In this document: positions 1 through 12,151 of the stretch, piece after piece
Numbering within the stretch: position 1 is the stretch's first letter
Layout: each line of letters begins with the position of its first letter
NCBI RefSeq assembly: GCF_001194135.2
Contig: NC_069001.1
Span: forward strand, 37,227,090-37,281,016
DNA length: 53,927 nt
Direction: 5' to 3'
Source: Octopus bimaculoides
Lineage: Eukaryota
The notes under the pieces: generated by a model
The model's database searches: none
Seen by the model: only the letters and a program-made list of their open reading frames with translations
Told to the model about the DNA's origin: nothing
Position numbers and translations under genes: made by a program

Positions 1-1054
1 CCAATGTTCGAAGGTCATGCTTCACCTCCTCATTCCATGTCTTCCTGGGTCTACCGCTTACACAGCTAGGGAGTGGCACTTCCTCACGCAACTGTCCTCA
101 TTCATACATAAAACATGATCATACCAGCGCAGTTGTCTCTGTAGCATACCACATTTCATGCTTCTTATGCCCAACTTTTCTCTAAGGGTACTTATACTCT
201 GTCGTGTATGCACACTGACATTACTCATCCAGCTGATCATACTAGCTTCATTCCTTGCAAGCCTATGCATGTTGTCAACAGTCATGGCCCATGTTTCATT
301 GGCGTTTAGTATGGCAATTCACACGCATGCATCTTACAATCTACCTTTCATCCTGAGTGAGAGGCCCTTAGTTGCTAGCAGAGGTAGGAGCTCACTGGAC
401 TTTGCCCAGTCTATTCTTACTCTAGCCGCTACACTCTCAGAGCAACCCCACCCCCACTACAGTCTTGGTCGCCTAAGTAGCGCAAGCTGTTAACTACTTC
501 TAGTTTTCCCCCTGGCATGTGATGGAATGTTTTCTGTACATCTTCAGTGTTTATTGCTCCTGCGCATCTGACACACATAAAAACTAGTTTCCTGGTTAAC
601 CTTCCTTTCATATTACTGCACCTTTTATGTGTCCATAGCTTACACTGGGTACATCATATGGAGTTTTTACCCACATCTTCTCTACAGACTGAGCAGGGCC
701 ATCTACCTGAAGAAGATTGTGTTTTGACAGCCTTCCTACTTACTATGACTTTGGTTTTTGCTAGGTTGATCCTAAGGCCCTTCAATTCTATACCTTGCTT
801 CCACACCCTAAACTTTGTCTCTAGTTCTGGTAGTGACCTGGCTATTAGGGCAAAGTCATCAGCATTCCAAGGAGCTCCCGAGGGCAGCCTGTCTTGAATT
901 CCTCTGTTACTGCCTGGAGGACTATAATGAATAAGATGGGGCTGAGCACCAATCCTTGGTGAACCCCTACATGTACTCTGAATTCTTCACTATATTTGTT
1001 GCCAACCCTCACCTTACTGACAGCATCCCTGTACAGGGCTTGTACAGCTCTTAC
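1..1054 (-). mobile_element. RTE-type non-LTR retrotransposon, degenerate ORF2 (RT, PHD-like finger, C-terminus)
   Basis: Minus-strand translation gives AVQALYRDAVSKVRVG..GVHQG.VLSPILFIIVL, then frameshifted YADD-region, CSVC..CTQC..H..C..CVRC, YLGD and RQLRWYDHVLCMNED..VRKC. Stops and frameshifts are present. Confidence 0.9.
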
Positions 1055-1236
1055 GCACGTAAAAGCACCCACTACACTCTCGGAGTGGTTGACATTAGAA
1101 AGGGCATCCAGCTGTAGAAACACTGCCAAATCAGATTGGATCCTTGTGTAGCCATCTGGTTCGCCAGTCCTCAGTCAAATCGTCCTACCCATGCTAGCAT
1201 GGAAGGCGGATGTTAAACGATGATGATGATGATGAT
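1055..1236 (+). mobile_element. 3' end of the same RTE-type family with (GAT)n tail
   Basis: aaaagcacccactacactctcggagtggttg...catgctagcatggaaggcggatgttaaacgatgatgatgat; the same 3' module recurs at 1620-1786, 47860-48005 and 51436-51487. Confidence 0.8.
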
Positions 1237-1250
1237 ATATATATATAGAC

Positions 1251-1283
<33 letters not shown>

Positions 1284-1305
1284 TATATATATATATACAC
1301 ATGTA
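1237..1305. repeat. (TA)n/(CA)n compound microsatellite
   Basis: Direct reading of the sequence. Confidence 0.95.
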
Positions 1306-1353
1306 TATATTTGTCTCAAATTGAATGAGACGTTTCCATATTTATATGGAAAT

Positions 1354-1470
1354 ATCATCATCATCATCGTCTGTTTTCCATGCTGGCATGGGTTGGGCAG
1401 TTTGACTGAAGTCTGGAGAGCCAGTGGCTGCACAAAGCTCCAATCTGATCTGGCAATATTTCTACAGCTG
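1354..1470 (-). mobile_element. RTE-family 3' end fragment with (GAT)n tail, antisense
   Basis: The reverse complement matches the 1055-1236 module and ends in catcatcatc at 1354. Confidence 0.75.
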
Positions 1471-1786
1471 GTAAAAAGCACCTTTGAAACATTTGGTCTC
1501 ATGAAAGAAATGTGGATGAGCTCCTTTCAAGTGTTGGGCCTCGCAAACATTATGTCATGTTTGAGAAGACCCCTCAAGCTGAGCAAAATCACAGCTGTGG
1601 CAGATACTGGTGTCATGTAAAAGCATCCATTACACTCTCAGAGTGGTTGGCATTAGGAAGGGCATCCAGCTGTTGAAATCATGCCTAATTAGACTAGAGT
1701 CTGGTGCAGCCTTCCAGCTTGCCAGCCCTGCTTAAACCGTCCAATCCATGCTAGCATGGACAACGGCCGTTATATGATGATGATGA
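1471..1786 (+). mobile_element. RTE-family 3' end / non-autonomous derivative
   Basis: Contains gtgttgggcctc, gagaagaccc, gtgtcatgtaaaagcatccattacactc and ends catgctagcatggacaacggccgttatatgatgatgatg. Confidence 0.75.
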
Positions 1787-1789
1787 ACA

Positions 1790-1990
1790 GTTTTTCTCCC
1801 AGTTCATCTCTAAGCATCTCTCCAACTCACCTTGTATCTTGAGCATCTACTGTAACATCTGTTCATTACTATTTTATTTCTATTTCCAGCTCTGCCCTGG
1901 TTACTCCACTCTTTTATAATATGAGTTGCTATATAACTTCTCTAATGCAAGAAACAGTCTCTGCTGAGACCTTTCATTATATAACATCTA
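1790..1990 (-). mobile_element. Old LINE relic in the Z1 3' flank, shared with the Z2 3' flank (10377-10560)
   Basis: 1790-1915 aligns by eye with 10380-10505 (ctcccagttcatct...caactcacct...actattttattt...actccac). The LINE endonuclease origin is inferred. Confidence 0.5.
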
Positions 1991-2403
1991 GCATAAAGCC
2001 ACATTCTTTCTACTGTTGCCCTCTCAATCAAAAGGAACCTTACTTTTGTAGGATGCATGACAACCTCATTTGATGTTGGTACCATGAAAAAGGCACACAC
2101 TACACTCTAAAGTGGTTGGTATAAATAAGAAAATCCAGCCTTAGAAACCATGTCAAAGGAGACACTGAAGCATGACGCAGACTTTAGTCCATTCAAATCC
2201 TGTCAAGGTGTTCAAACTATGCTGGCATAGAATTTGCATGCTAAAAGATAAGGATAGCAATTTCTTCCTCATGTGAATACATGTATGATTAGGTAATTTT
2301 TCATAGGATAACTTTTATTACATAAATATTTGATGGTTTGTATGAATGCATACATGTGTAACAGATACTTTTTAGTCAATGAATGATCACAGATATTACA
2401 GAA

Positions 2404-3852
2404 TTATGGTTTGTCTCGTGTATGAATATGTTTGTGTTTAGTTAAGATACTTTTTCGACAAAATGATTTACCACAAATATCACAAGGATATGGTTTTTCT
2501 CCAGTATGAATACGTTTGTGTGTATTTAAGTCACCACTCTGAGAGAATGATTTACCACAGATATCACAGTGATATGGCTTTTCTCCTGTGTGAGTACGCA
2601 TATGTATAGTTAACTCTTTACTTAGGGTGAATGCTTTACCACACATATCACAGAGATGTGGTTTTCCCCCAGTATGAATATACTTGTGAGTAATTAAGTG
2701 AGCTCTCCTAGAGAATGATTTGCCACAGATATCACAATGATACGGCATGTTACCTGTATGAATATACTTGTGAATAGTTAAGTCACTACTTTGGGAGAAT
2801 GATTTACCACAGATATCACAGTGATATGGTTTCTCTCCTGTATGAATGCGTTTGTGTACTGTTACTTTACTCTTTGAAGTGGATGATTTACCACAAATAT
2901 CACAAGAATATGGTTTCTCTCCTGTATGCATGCGTTTGTGTATAGTTAAGGCATTACTATGAGAATATGCTTTACCACAGATATCACATTGATATGGTTT
3001 CTCTCCTGTATGAACACGTATGTGAGTAGTTAAATCACCACTTCGAGAGAATAATTTACCACAAATATCACAATGATATGGTGTTTCCCCTGTATGAATG
3101 CTTTTATGCATAGTTAAGAGATCATCACGAGCAAATGACTTTCCACAAATATCACACTGAAATGGCTTCTCTCCTGTATGAGTGCTTTTGTGTATAGTTA
3201 AGGCATTTCTTTCAGTGAATGACTTGCTACAAATATCACAGGGATACTGCTTCTTTCCTGTATGAATATGTTTATGTTTTGTTAAATTACTTCTTCCAGA
3301 AAACGATCTCCCACAAACATCACATTGATATGGTTTCTCTCCTGTATGAATGCGGTTGTGTATATTTAAGCCACTCTTTGTAGAGGACAGTTTACCACAA
3401 ATATCACAGTGATATGGTTTCTCTCCAGTATGTGTGCGTATGTGTTTAGTTAGGGCATATTCTTTAGAGAATGATTTACTACAGACATCACAATGATATG
3501 GTTTCTCTCCTGTATGGATAGTAGTGTGAGCTGTTCTGGAACTTGCTTGAGAGATCAACATGCTATAGTTTTCACTGTGAGTAGACTTTTCTCCTGTCTC
3601 TTGCAGCATTTCAGTTGATGTCTCTTTTTTAATTGAAATGTTAATGATATCACTGTGCTTATATGTTTCTTCTGTCTCTTGCTTCATTTCGTTATGAAAA
3701 TTAATCTTTTCAGACTCTGTTTTAATTTCAACCGGTGTTTCATATAATTCATTCTTAATTATAATTGGTGTCTTGCATAATTCGTTTCCAATTAGTGTCT
3801 TAGATAATTCATCTTCAATTTTAATTGGTGTTTCATAGAATTCTTTTTCCAT
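2404..3852 (-). CDS. C2H2 zinc-finger protein Z1: 13 fingers, acidic leader with tandem ETPIxI repeats
   Basis: 482-aa intact ORF with ATG start and 13 CxxC-x12-HxxxH units joined by TGEKPY-type linkers. Confidence 0.95.
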   Translation of the reverse strand: MEKEFYETPIKIEDELSKTLIGNELCKTPIIIKNELYETPVEIKTESEKINFHNEMKQETEETYKHSDIINISIKKETSTEMLQETGEKSTHSENYSMLISQASSRTAHTTIHTGEKPYHCDVCSKSFSKEYALTKHIRTHTGEKPYHCDICGKLSSTKSGLNIHNRIHTGEKPYQCDVCGRSFSGRSNLTKHKHIHTGKKQYPCDICSKSFTERNALTIHKSTHTGEKPFQCDICGKSFARDDLLTMHKSIHTGETPYHCDICGKLFSRSGDLTTHIRVHTGEKPYQCDICGKAYSHSNALTIHKRMHTGEKPYSCDICGKSSTSKSKVTVHKRIHTGEKPYHCDICGKSFSQSSDLTIHKYIHTGNMPYHCDICGKSFSRRAHLITHKYIHTGGKPHLCDMCGKAFTLSKELTIHMRTHTGEKPYHCDICGKSFSQSGDLNTHKRIHTGEKPYPCDICGKSFCRKSILTKHKHIHTRDKP

Positions 3853-5199
3853 AATTCTTTTTCTCTCACCAATTCTTATATTTTATTCTTAACTGTTTCT
3901 TCGATATTTCCACCAACTTTTATCTTTGTTTATACCTGAAGACGTTTCACACTTTGTTCACTTCTCCAAGATCAATGAAAATGCAAATCTCTGTATATAT
4001 TCTAAGCTACTAATCTCACTTCGGAAAATATATTTCTTACATATTCCACCATAGATTTATCCAAACAGAACCATATTCGTTTGGTATCACAACTTCCTTT
4101 AAAGGATAAATGATAATCTGAAATAATATAGAAATAGTATAAGATACACAAGATACTTAAACATAGAGATTCACCAGCAGAAAATATCAATATATCATAA
4201 ATACAATCTTTTACATGATCAATTAACATTTACTTTATAATTTTCTATTAAAATTACTTCATACAACCTTGTGTGAAGTCTACATATTTAAAGATTACAG
4301 CTACAATTTGAGACTATGTAATATTATATATGTTAAACTTCAGTAATAAACTGTGGGGAAAGAGAAGAATTTAAAGGTGTGGTTAGACAGTTTGACTAAA
4401 ACTAGTAAACCTGAAAGCTACACCAAGTCCCAGTCTGGTTTGGCTTGGTTTCTATGGTTGGATTCCATTCCTATCGCCAACTGCTTCAAGAGTGTAACAG
4501 ATGCCTTTTATGTGTCACCAGCACAAGTATTGTGAAAATTGAAAATGATCAAATTAGACATTAGTGCTGGAAAAATTGACTTGAAATAAAACAGAAAAAA
4601 AGAATATTCATTGTTAAACATTAAAAATTATCCTCAATTACAATCAGGACAAAGTTGAGGGAAAATTTGAAAAAAAAAACTACCTGTCACCTGACTGTTT
4701 CAAACCCTCTTAGCTTTAACAATAACTATACTAACCAATTTTAAATCCCAATGATGCAACAATATATAAAATGATGATATAATACTTGCAATGTAACGGT
4801 TTCAAACAGACAGAGAGAAAATAACAAGAAATTAGAAATTACACATTTTCCCCCACACACCCCTATAGTTATATCTCAGACACATCCCAACTATTTTTCA
4901 TTAGGGCATATCACTTTCCATCGCGACCTTCATTTTCAGATGGAAAGGTGATGACTTAAGGGCGACTTAGCTGTTGTTTCTAGCCATCCACGACCATGTA
5001 GTACCTTCCTCGTTTCTTTGTCACTCTGATATGTATTGGTGTTTTTCAATATTTTGCCCGCATAAACACATTTTACCGAATGATGATGCGGATGTACCAC
5101 AAAGGTTTTGTTTGGCTGAAGGACGATGCATTGCTTGGATTTAAGTAACAGCAAAAAAATTGAAATTGTAAATTTTAAAACCTCGCACCAAGTGAGTCC

Positions 5200-5261
5200 A
5201 TGTGTGTATTCTTTTACTTGTTTCAATCATTTGACTGCGGCCATGCAGGAGCACCGCCTAT
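5200..5261 (-). mobile_element. SINE 3' fragment
   Basis: cttgtttcaatcatttgactgcggccatgcaggagcaccgcct matches the SINE copies at 14505 and 51158. Confidence 0.7.
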
Positions 5262-5404
5262 GTAAAAAAAATGTCTATTAACAGAAAAGTATACGATTAA
5301 AATAGATTATTTTGTTTACACATTTGTTTTAAATCACTGTAGATAAATTCCAGTAATGATCTCAGACTCTCCAATACTAGTGTAATCGATAAGGGTCAAT
5401 CCGT

Positions 5405-5855
5405 AAGGATTTATTGGGAGAAGAGGTGGAAAATTTAAATCGAAAATGTTTTTGCATAATTGTTTGAGATAGAGTTTGTAGAACACATATTCGCCAAAAT
5501 TTTATGAAAATAGCAAAAACTACAAAAGTTATGACCGGTTTACATGGTGTGCTTCGATCTGGAATCGATAATAGACAGCGAGAATTTTTTTTTTAATTTT
5601 TGAATTTGAAAATTTTTTTTAAATTATAAAAATAAACAACTGGCAGATTCGAACTGTCCGTATTTTCAAACTATGATTAACAAAAAATAAATTCGGTAAA
5701 AGTTGGAATTTTAGGATTTATTGGGGAGGGATAAAAAGACTGTTTGTGCATAATCGTAGGAAATAATGTGTAGAACACAAATTCGCAAAATTTTTCTGAA
5801 GAAACCAAAAAATAAAATTATGAGGGGTGAAATGGTGTGCTTCGACCTGAACTCC
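5405..5855. repeat. Diverged ~150-bp direct repeat (5405-5565 vs 5712-5855), probably within a DNA-transposon relic
   Basis: aggatttattggg...gcataat...tgtagaacaca.attcgc.aaaatttt...atggtgtgcttcga occurs twice, about 307 bp apart. Confidence 0.6.
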
Positions 5856-6145
5856 GCCCACCAAACATTAAAATGATGGAAGAAGAAAAAACGATTGAAG
5901 AAATCAACATGCGCAAAATATACCTTGTATAAATCAGTCATTAGTAGGAAGGCAGTGGCGTTGATCAATGGAAAGTCTTATTGTTATATACATTTATCGT
6001 TATGTGTGAGTATGTATATGCATCGTAGGTTAATATGTCTACTTTTGTTTTGATAATTGTGTTTCAAGCCAAATATACTATTCTTTAGAAAGCCTTTATT
6101 CGATCAAAATATTAACTTCGTTTTCTTTTCATGGCAGACTGAAGT

Positions 6146-6162
6146 CGGAGCATGCGCATAGA
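6146..6162 (-). promoter_or_regulatory. Core-promoter-like ATGCGCATGCTCC motif of Z1 (NRF1-like)
   Basis: A homologous motif sits upstream of every gene in the cluster. Confidence 0.55.
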
Positions 6163-6734
6163 GATGTTTACAGTCTTGTATTGGTGTGTGTATGAGCACG
6201 TGTACATATAATAATAATAAACTTAGACGCCCAGTACACTACAACCCATCAGAAAAGGTAACCAAAAATGCATGTACAGTACATGGGCATAGAACTTCCA
6301 CTAGTAATGTATAAAAAGTCAGACAAGTGAATGAGTTATTAAATTTAAAAAAAAAAAAAGGAATATCAAGTGCAGTGTTGGCGAAGTTTGGGGAGCGTGG
6401 AAATTTGGAAGGATGTAGTGACCTGGCAGCTAACGACTGATGCCGTTGGTTTATTCTCTGCTTCAGTATTTCTAGGCGTGAAAAAGCGTTTCCTAAAGTC
6501 ATGAGTACTGTTATTTTTTGATTTTATAACCATGTCCATGGGCTTATACATGTGTGGGACTGTGTGTGTATTCTTACCTGCATCTGTATCTAACGTCAAA
6601 GAGAAAACGCAGAAGAAAATGTGCAAACTGGGGAAAAACATGAATACATCAGGAAAAGCAATATTACATATGCAAGAAAAGGCAAATATATAAAAATGAG
6701 AAAATGACAGACACTTAGGGTAAGTTCATATATA

Positions 6735-7555
6735 TACAGTCTGATTGGCCAGGGTCCAACAAGACAATGTGGATGTGGCGGAAATGTGCATCTAGTGTGC
6801 TGAAGGTGCCATGGGTGCACGAATGTGTTTATGCACCTTTGACTTTTGGCAGTGGAAGCAAATTCAAGAGTAGTCAGTGATGTCACATCTCATTTTCAGC
6901 CAGAAAAATCTAGCTGTAGTGTGCTTCACTGAGGCTCCAGGATGTGATAGATTATGCAGGGCTTCAAAAAAAAGCTCGTCTATGGGTCTCTATGATGAAG
7001 GGACAAGGCAAATCTGTTGATATATCACACAGGATCTGCCTGTCAGAGGTTTGCACAAGCAAGTATTTGAATTTGCACATCGCAAATTCAGAAGTTATCT
7101 TATTTTGAGTCTAGAGGGGGTTGCTCAACAGACAAAATATTCAGGACAATATCCACAGCGGATACTAAAGAATTGGCAAATAGGACAATGCATCTGCAGC
7201 AGTGTTTTGTGCATCAGAGATGTGTTGAATATCATTGGTGAAATGTAATATAAAGTGAAGGTATCTAGTCTTACTTGGTGAGTACTTTTCTGGCTTGGAC
7301 TGCAAAGCAAAAGTAAGAGGTTTGCAAATGTTGCTGATGAAATTGCTGTAAAACAGAACTAGTTGCAGTGTCTGAAGCATCAACCACAAGCGAAAGCTTT
7401 GCATCGGGTGTGCAATGAGACATGCTTTAGAAAGCTCATGTTTTAGAGTGTCAAAAGTTTTGGTTTGAGTAGGAGTTACCAGAGGTGGAAGCAGTTTGTT
7501 AAGTTTTACCTTCCCCTCAAAGCAACATAGAGATTTCAGTTCAGCAGCCCATCTG
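6735..7555 (-). mobile_element. Ty3/Gypsy LTR retrotransposon pol relic (RT-RNaseH link, integrase HHCC and core start)
   Basis: FDTLKHELSKACLIAHP, NTAADALS, ALHNLSHPG..CFHCQKSKVHKHIRAP and LVGPWP motifs across frameshifts. Confidence 0.85.
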
Positions 7556-7739
7556 TAAGTGTGTGTGTGTGAGGGAGAGAACATTGCAAAGAATGAATGA
7601 AATAAACATGAAATGAAAAAATTGTATAAATAAAAGGACATTACTACAGATGTATACGTCCCCGACTTTGTTACTTCATAACATCCAGAAATATGAATAC
7701 TTTTTAACAAAATTTTCTACAAATACTGTGTAGGTATAT

Positions 7740-8420
7740 CGATTGTTGAAAGATAACTCTTCAGCTGTACTTGAGCCATGGTTGTCCAACATTTGTGTAT
7801 ATTATCAAACTGGCTATACATGAAAACTTTAGGTATTCTTTTGTTAGTCATTCTGATGACATGACCAGCCCAGCATAGTTGTAATTGCATAAGAAAAATT
7901 TCAGTTTCTAGTTTTACACTATATGAAGAGGTTGGGATTTGATATTTTGCCCCCTAGAGTGTAACCACAAATCGTCTGAAGAGAACGTTCATCAAAGATG
8001 TCTAGTTGGTTGATGTGCAATCTATATGTAGTCTAAGATTCTAATTCTTAAGTTTGGTCAGTACAACAGCTTTGTAGACCTGTATCTTTGTGTCTACTTT
8101 TATATCCCTCTCATTCTATAGGCAATAATGAAGTTTGCCAAATGCACTGGTAGCTTTCCCTATATGATTGATTATCTCATCAGCAGAGGCATTTGAACTC
8201 ACCATATAATCAAGATTTGTGAATGATTTCACATACATGAGATCCTTTTTGTCAACCTTTATATGGGTGTCTGGGAAATGGTGGATTTTGTTTTGCACCT
8301 CATATTTCTTTGGGCATAGAGCACAACTGGTGGATCACCGCATTTTTTCCCCCTGCTGATGGTAAGCCTGAGAGATTTGCTTGCTACAGAGAAAGTGATT
8401 TACATTTTCTGGCCTTCCTC
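7740..8420 (-). mobile_element. RTE/BovB-like LINE relic (RT C-terminal half)
   Basis: HIGKATSAFGKL, KVDTKIQVYKAVVLT and LCWAGHVIRM..RIPK motifs with stops. Confidence 0.8.
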
Positions 8421-9518
8421 AAGAAAGAGATGTTTCTACAGGAGCAGTATCATCAGTGAAAAAAATCTTGAATGATTATGTGATCAGCTTTGAACTGTTG
8501 ATGGTTGAAGAATCCACCACTAGTCCAAATTTGGAATTTAACACCTGTGTTGTTTTCACTAAAGGTATACTTGAGCACCACTGAGAAAAATAGTGCAACA
8601 ACTGGAGCCGAGACATAACCTTGTTTTGTGTCATTTGTCTGTATAACTTTATTTGAAGCTGTTGAGCTCGTCTCACTTGATATCGGCTAGAGTCATTATG
8701 TTTATTTTTTTGTATTCAGAAATTCATTCTGTTCTTCTTTGTTTCACAATAGTCAACTAATATTTTTATGTTCATAAATTCTGATCATATTTTCTCCTTT
8801 TTCTCACTAGTAAATCTAATCAATATATGAAATATGCTATGTGTCAACAATATATATTTAATATGCTATACGTATTTGTATTTATAGTCATTTTATTGTC
8901 AAACATTTTATTTCATATCTTCCACTACTACCTTTTATAGTCAACGTACTGAAAGTTATCATGTATTCAACTCTAGCCTATTTACACTTTATTTAAGTGG
9001 AACAAAAAACAGAAATATTTTAATAACAGGTTGAAAATTTAGAAGGCGAAGCTGTTTTGATACTTCCTCATATCTATATAAGAAATATTAATGTTCAGGA
9101 ACTTTAGCAGTGAATGTGAATAACAGTGATTATAATATACCTTTGTAGCTCTTGCACAGAATGTGGCATAGATATTGTAAATGTGCTGATTTTGCTTAAG
9201 CTAAACCTTCTGTCCTTTGAAAACCTCTAGAAATTGTATGTAACCTGTTTGTAAGATCATGTACTCATGGGTAAATATGCAAATATTATAGTAGCTTTGA
9301 ATACATATAGAACATTTGTGAAATTAGGTATAGCATTTATTATAGAAAATGACAATGTAGAATAACGAGTGAATCATTGACTATGACATATACATATTAA
9401 AAGTAATCAAAACCTGTATATCTGGAGAATAATTTTCTTCGTTACTAGTTATTTTGGCATTTTTATTGATGTTCTCATACTCAAACTAGCAACATTCATC
9501 ATGCACAATTTTCAATAC

Positions 9519-9587
<69 letters not shown>
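9519..9587. repeat. (TA)n microsatellite
   Basis: Direct reading of the sequence. Confidence 0.95.
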
Positions 9588-9589
<2 letters not shown>

Positions 9590-10238
9590 AATAAGAAAAA
9601 TTTTATATTCACTCATACAAGTCAAAATGTGATAATTATTACAAAGTTTAGTACAACACCCACTATCATTATTGATGGCTTGGGTAATCTAGTATATATA
9701 TATAATACAACTGGTTTCCTTAGAGATGGTAGCTTTTAGAACCTGAGGCAGATACATAGAATTCACTTCCAATTTCCTCTACAGGCCATCCCCACCACCC
9801 ATCATCTCTTGATCACTAACCCTCCTATCAACTACCTAACAACCAGCAGCAGCATTCAGTTGCTGTAATTAAACATGAGCAGAACTACATACCTCAGCAG
9901 CTTTACCCTCATACCATTTACCTTTTGTATTAATCAGAACCAATTCATTTGATATCCATTGTTTGTGCTTAACACTGTCCTTCGCTACCCACATTTTATA
10001 TGGACCACCCTTCTGTGCAAATAAATTATCTCATTTTATACACCACCATACACTCCTCGATCCCCCAATAAACTACACTTGCTTCCCTTGTTGACTACCC
10101 AAGCACATGTAATCTCTCTTTCATTCATCCTTACCCTGTCTATTATATCATTATTATTATTGTTTTGCTCTTCACTATTTTCTGTACTATTTGTCATCTC
10201 TCTCTCTACACCTACTTCGCCTGAACATATATGTATCA

Positions 10239-10376
10239 TTGAGGGATGATAAATGTATGTTAGATAAAAGGTAGGCAATGACTATAGAAATTTCACTACA
10301 TCCACCCACCTCAATATTACTCAATTTCTATAGTCATTGCCTACCTTTTATCTAACATACATTTATCATCCCTCAA
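10239..10376. repeat. Perfect 54-bp inverted repeat with 30-bp spacer
   Basis: 10239-10292 is the exact reverse complement of 10323-10376. Confidence 0.95.
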
Positions 10377-10630
10377 CAGTTGTTCTCCCAGTTCATCTGT
10401 CCGCATCCCTTCAACTCACCTCATACCTTAAAGTTCCACCCTAACACTTAATCATCACTATTTTATTTCCCTTTCCATTTCCATCCCAGTCACTCCACCC
10501 ATTTATAATGTGACTAGCTACATAGCTTCTCTACTGCAAGAAACCATCTCTGTTGTGAGCTCTTTTCATTATTCAACATTTCCTATGTAACATACTTTCT
10601 AATGAATGATTCACCATAGATATCACAGAA

Positions 10631-11947
10631 TTATGGTTTATCTCGTGTATGAATATGTTCGTGTTTAGTTAAGCCACTTTTTCGACAGAATGATTTACCA
10701 CAGATATCACAGGGATATGGCCTCTCCCCAGTATGAATGCGTTTGTGTGTATTTAAGTCACTACTTTGAGAGAATGATTTACCACAAATGTCACAGTGAT
10801 ATGGCTTTTCTCCTGTGTGAGTGCGTATGTGTATAGTTAAATCACTACGTAAGGCAAAAGCTTTACCACACACATCACACAGATAAGGTTTTCCCCCAGT
10901 ATGAATATACTTGTGAGTAGTTAAGTGTCCTCTTCTAGAGAATGATTTACCACAGATATCACAGTGATATGGTGTGTCACCAGTATGAATATATTTGTGA
11001 GTAGTTAAGTCACTACTTTGGGAGAATGATTTACCACAGATATCACAGTGATATGGTTTCTCTCCTGTATGAATGCGTTTGTGTACTGTTACTTTACTCT
11101 TTGAAGTGAATGATTTACCACAAATATCACAAGAATATGGTTTCTCTCCTGTATGCATGCGTTTGTGTATAGTTAAGGCATTACTATGAGAGAATGTTTT
11201 ACCACAGATATCACAGTGATGTGGTTTCTCTCCTGTATGAACACGTATGTGAGTAGTTAAATCACCACTTCGAGAGAATAATTTACCACAAATATCACAA
11301 TGATATGGTGTTTCCCCTGTATGAATGCTTTTATGCATAGTTAAGAGATCAACATGAGAGAATGATTTACCACAAATATCACACTGAAATGGCTTTTCTC
11401 CTGTATGAGTGCTTTTGTGTACAGTTAAGGCATTTCTTTCAGTGAATGATTTGCTACAAATATCACAGGGATATGGCTTCTTTCCTGTATGAATATGTTT
11501 GTGTTTTGTTAAATTACTTCTTCCAGAAAACGATCTCCCACAAACATCACATTGATATGGTTTTTCACCAGTGTGAATGCGGTTGTGTACATCTAAGCCA
11601 CTCTTTGTAGAGGACAATTTACCACAGACATCACAACGATATGGTTTCTCGCCTGTGTGTACACGTATGTGTTTAGTTAGGGCATACACTTTAGAAAATG
11701 ATTTACCACAGACATCACAATGATATGGCTTCTCTCCTGTAGTGTGAGCAGTTCTGGGACTTGCTTGAGAGATTGACATACTAAAGTTATCACTGTGAGT
11801 AGATGTTTCTCCTTTTTCTTGCAGTGTCTTACTAGGAAAATCAATCCTTTCAGACTCAGTGTTAATTTCAATAGATGTTTCAGTTTTTTTAATCGAAATG
11901 TTAACAATATCACTGTGTCTATACGTTTCTTCTGTCTCTTGCTCCAT
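10631..11947 (-). CDS. C2H2 zinc-finger protein Z2: 13 fingers, paralogue of Z1, N-terminally truncated
   Basis: 438-aa ORF collinear finger-for-finger with Z1; it starts at the Met equivalent to the internal EMKQ Met of Z1. Confidence 0.9.
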   Translation of the reverse strand: MEQETEETYRHSDIVNISIKKTETSIEINTESERIDFPSKTLQEKGETSTHSDNFSMSISQASPRTAHTTGEKPYHCDVCGKSFSKVYALTKHIRVHTGEKPYRCDVCGKLSSTKSGLDVHNRIHTGEKPYQCDVCGRSFSGRSNLTKHKHIHTGKKPYPCDICSKSFTERNALTVHKSTHTGEKPFQCDICGKSFSHVDLLTMHKSIHTGETPYHCDICGKLFSRSGDLTTHIRVHTGEKPHHCDICGKTFSHSNALTIHKRMHTGEKPYSCDICGKSFTSKSKVTVHKRIHTGEKPYHCDICGKSFSQSSDLTTHKYIHTGDTPYHCDICGKSFSRRGHLTTHKYIHTGGKPYLCDVCGKAFALRSDLTIHIRTHTGEKPYHCDICGKSFSQSSDLNTHKRIHTGERPYPCDICGKSFCRKSGLTKHEHIHTRDKP

Positions 11948-12032
11948 ATTGTTATGAAAATCAATCCTTTCAGACTGTTTTGATTTTAATTTGTGTTACA
12001 TATAATTGATTTTCAATTATAATTGGTGTTAA

Positions 12033-12151
12033 GGCAGTGAGCTGGCAGAATCATTAGCATGCCAAGCAAAATGCTTAGTGGCATTTCGTCTGTCTTTACA
12101 TTATGAGTTTAAATTCCACTGAGATCAACTTAGCTGTCCATCCTTTCAGGG
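12033..12151 (+). mobile_element. tRNA-derived SINE 5' part, inserted antisense in the Z2 coding exon region
   Basis: ggcagtgagctggcagaatcattagc...gagtttaaattccactgagatcaac...catcctttcaggg has an A/B-box-like head; absent from Z1. Confidence 0.75.

Larger units (their letters stand above)
4118..5923 (-). other. Predicted 5'UTR intron of Z1
   Basis: Minus-strand donor TATACAAG|GTATAT at 5922-5923 and acceptor ATTATTTCAG at 4118-4119; both are homologous to sites in the other paralogues. No transcript evidence. Confidence 0.55.

Noticed and set aside
9536-9739. MYIYIYI.. and similar low-complexity ORFs
   Set aside because: Translations of (TA)n or (CA)n microsatellites.
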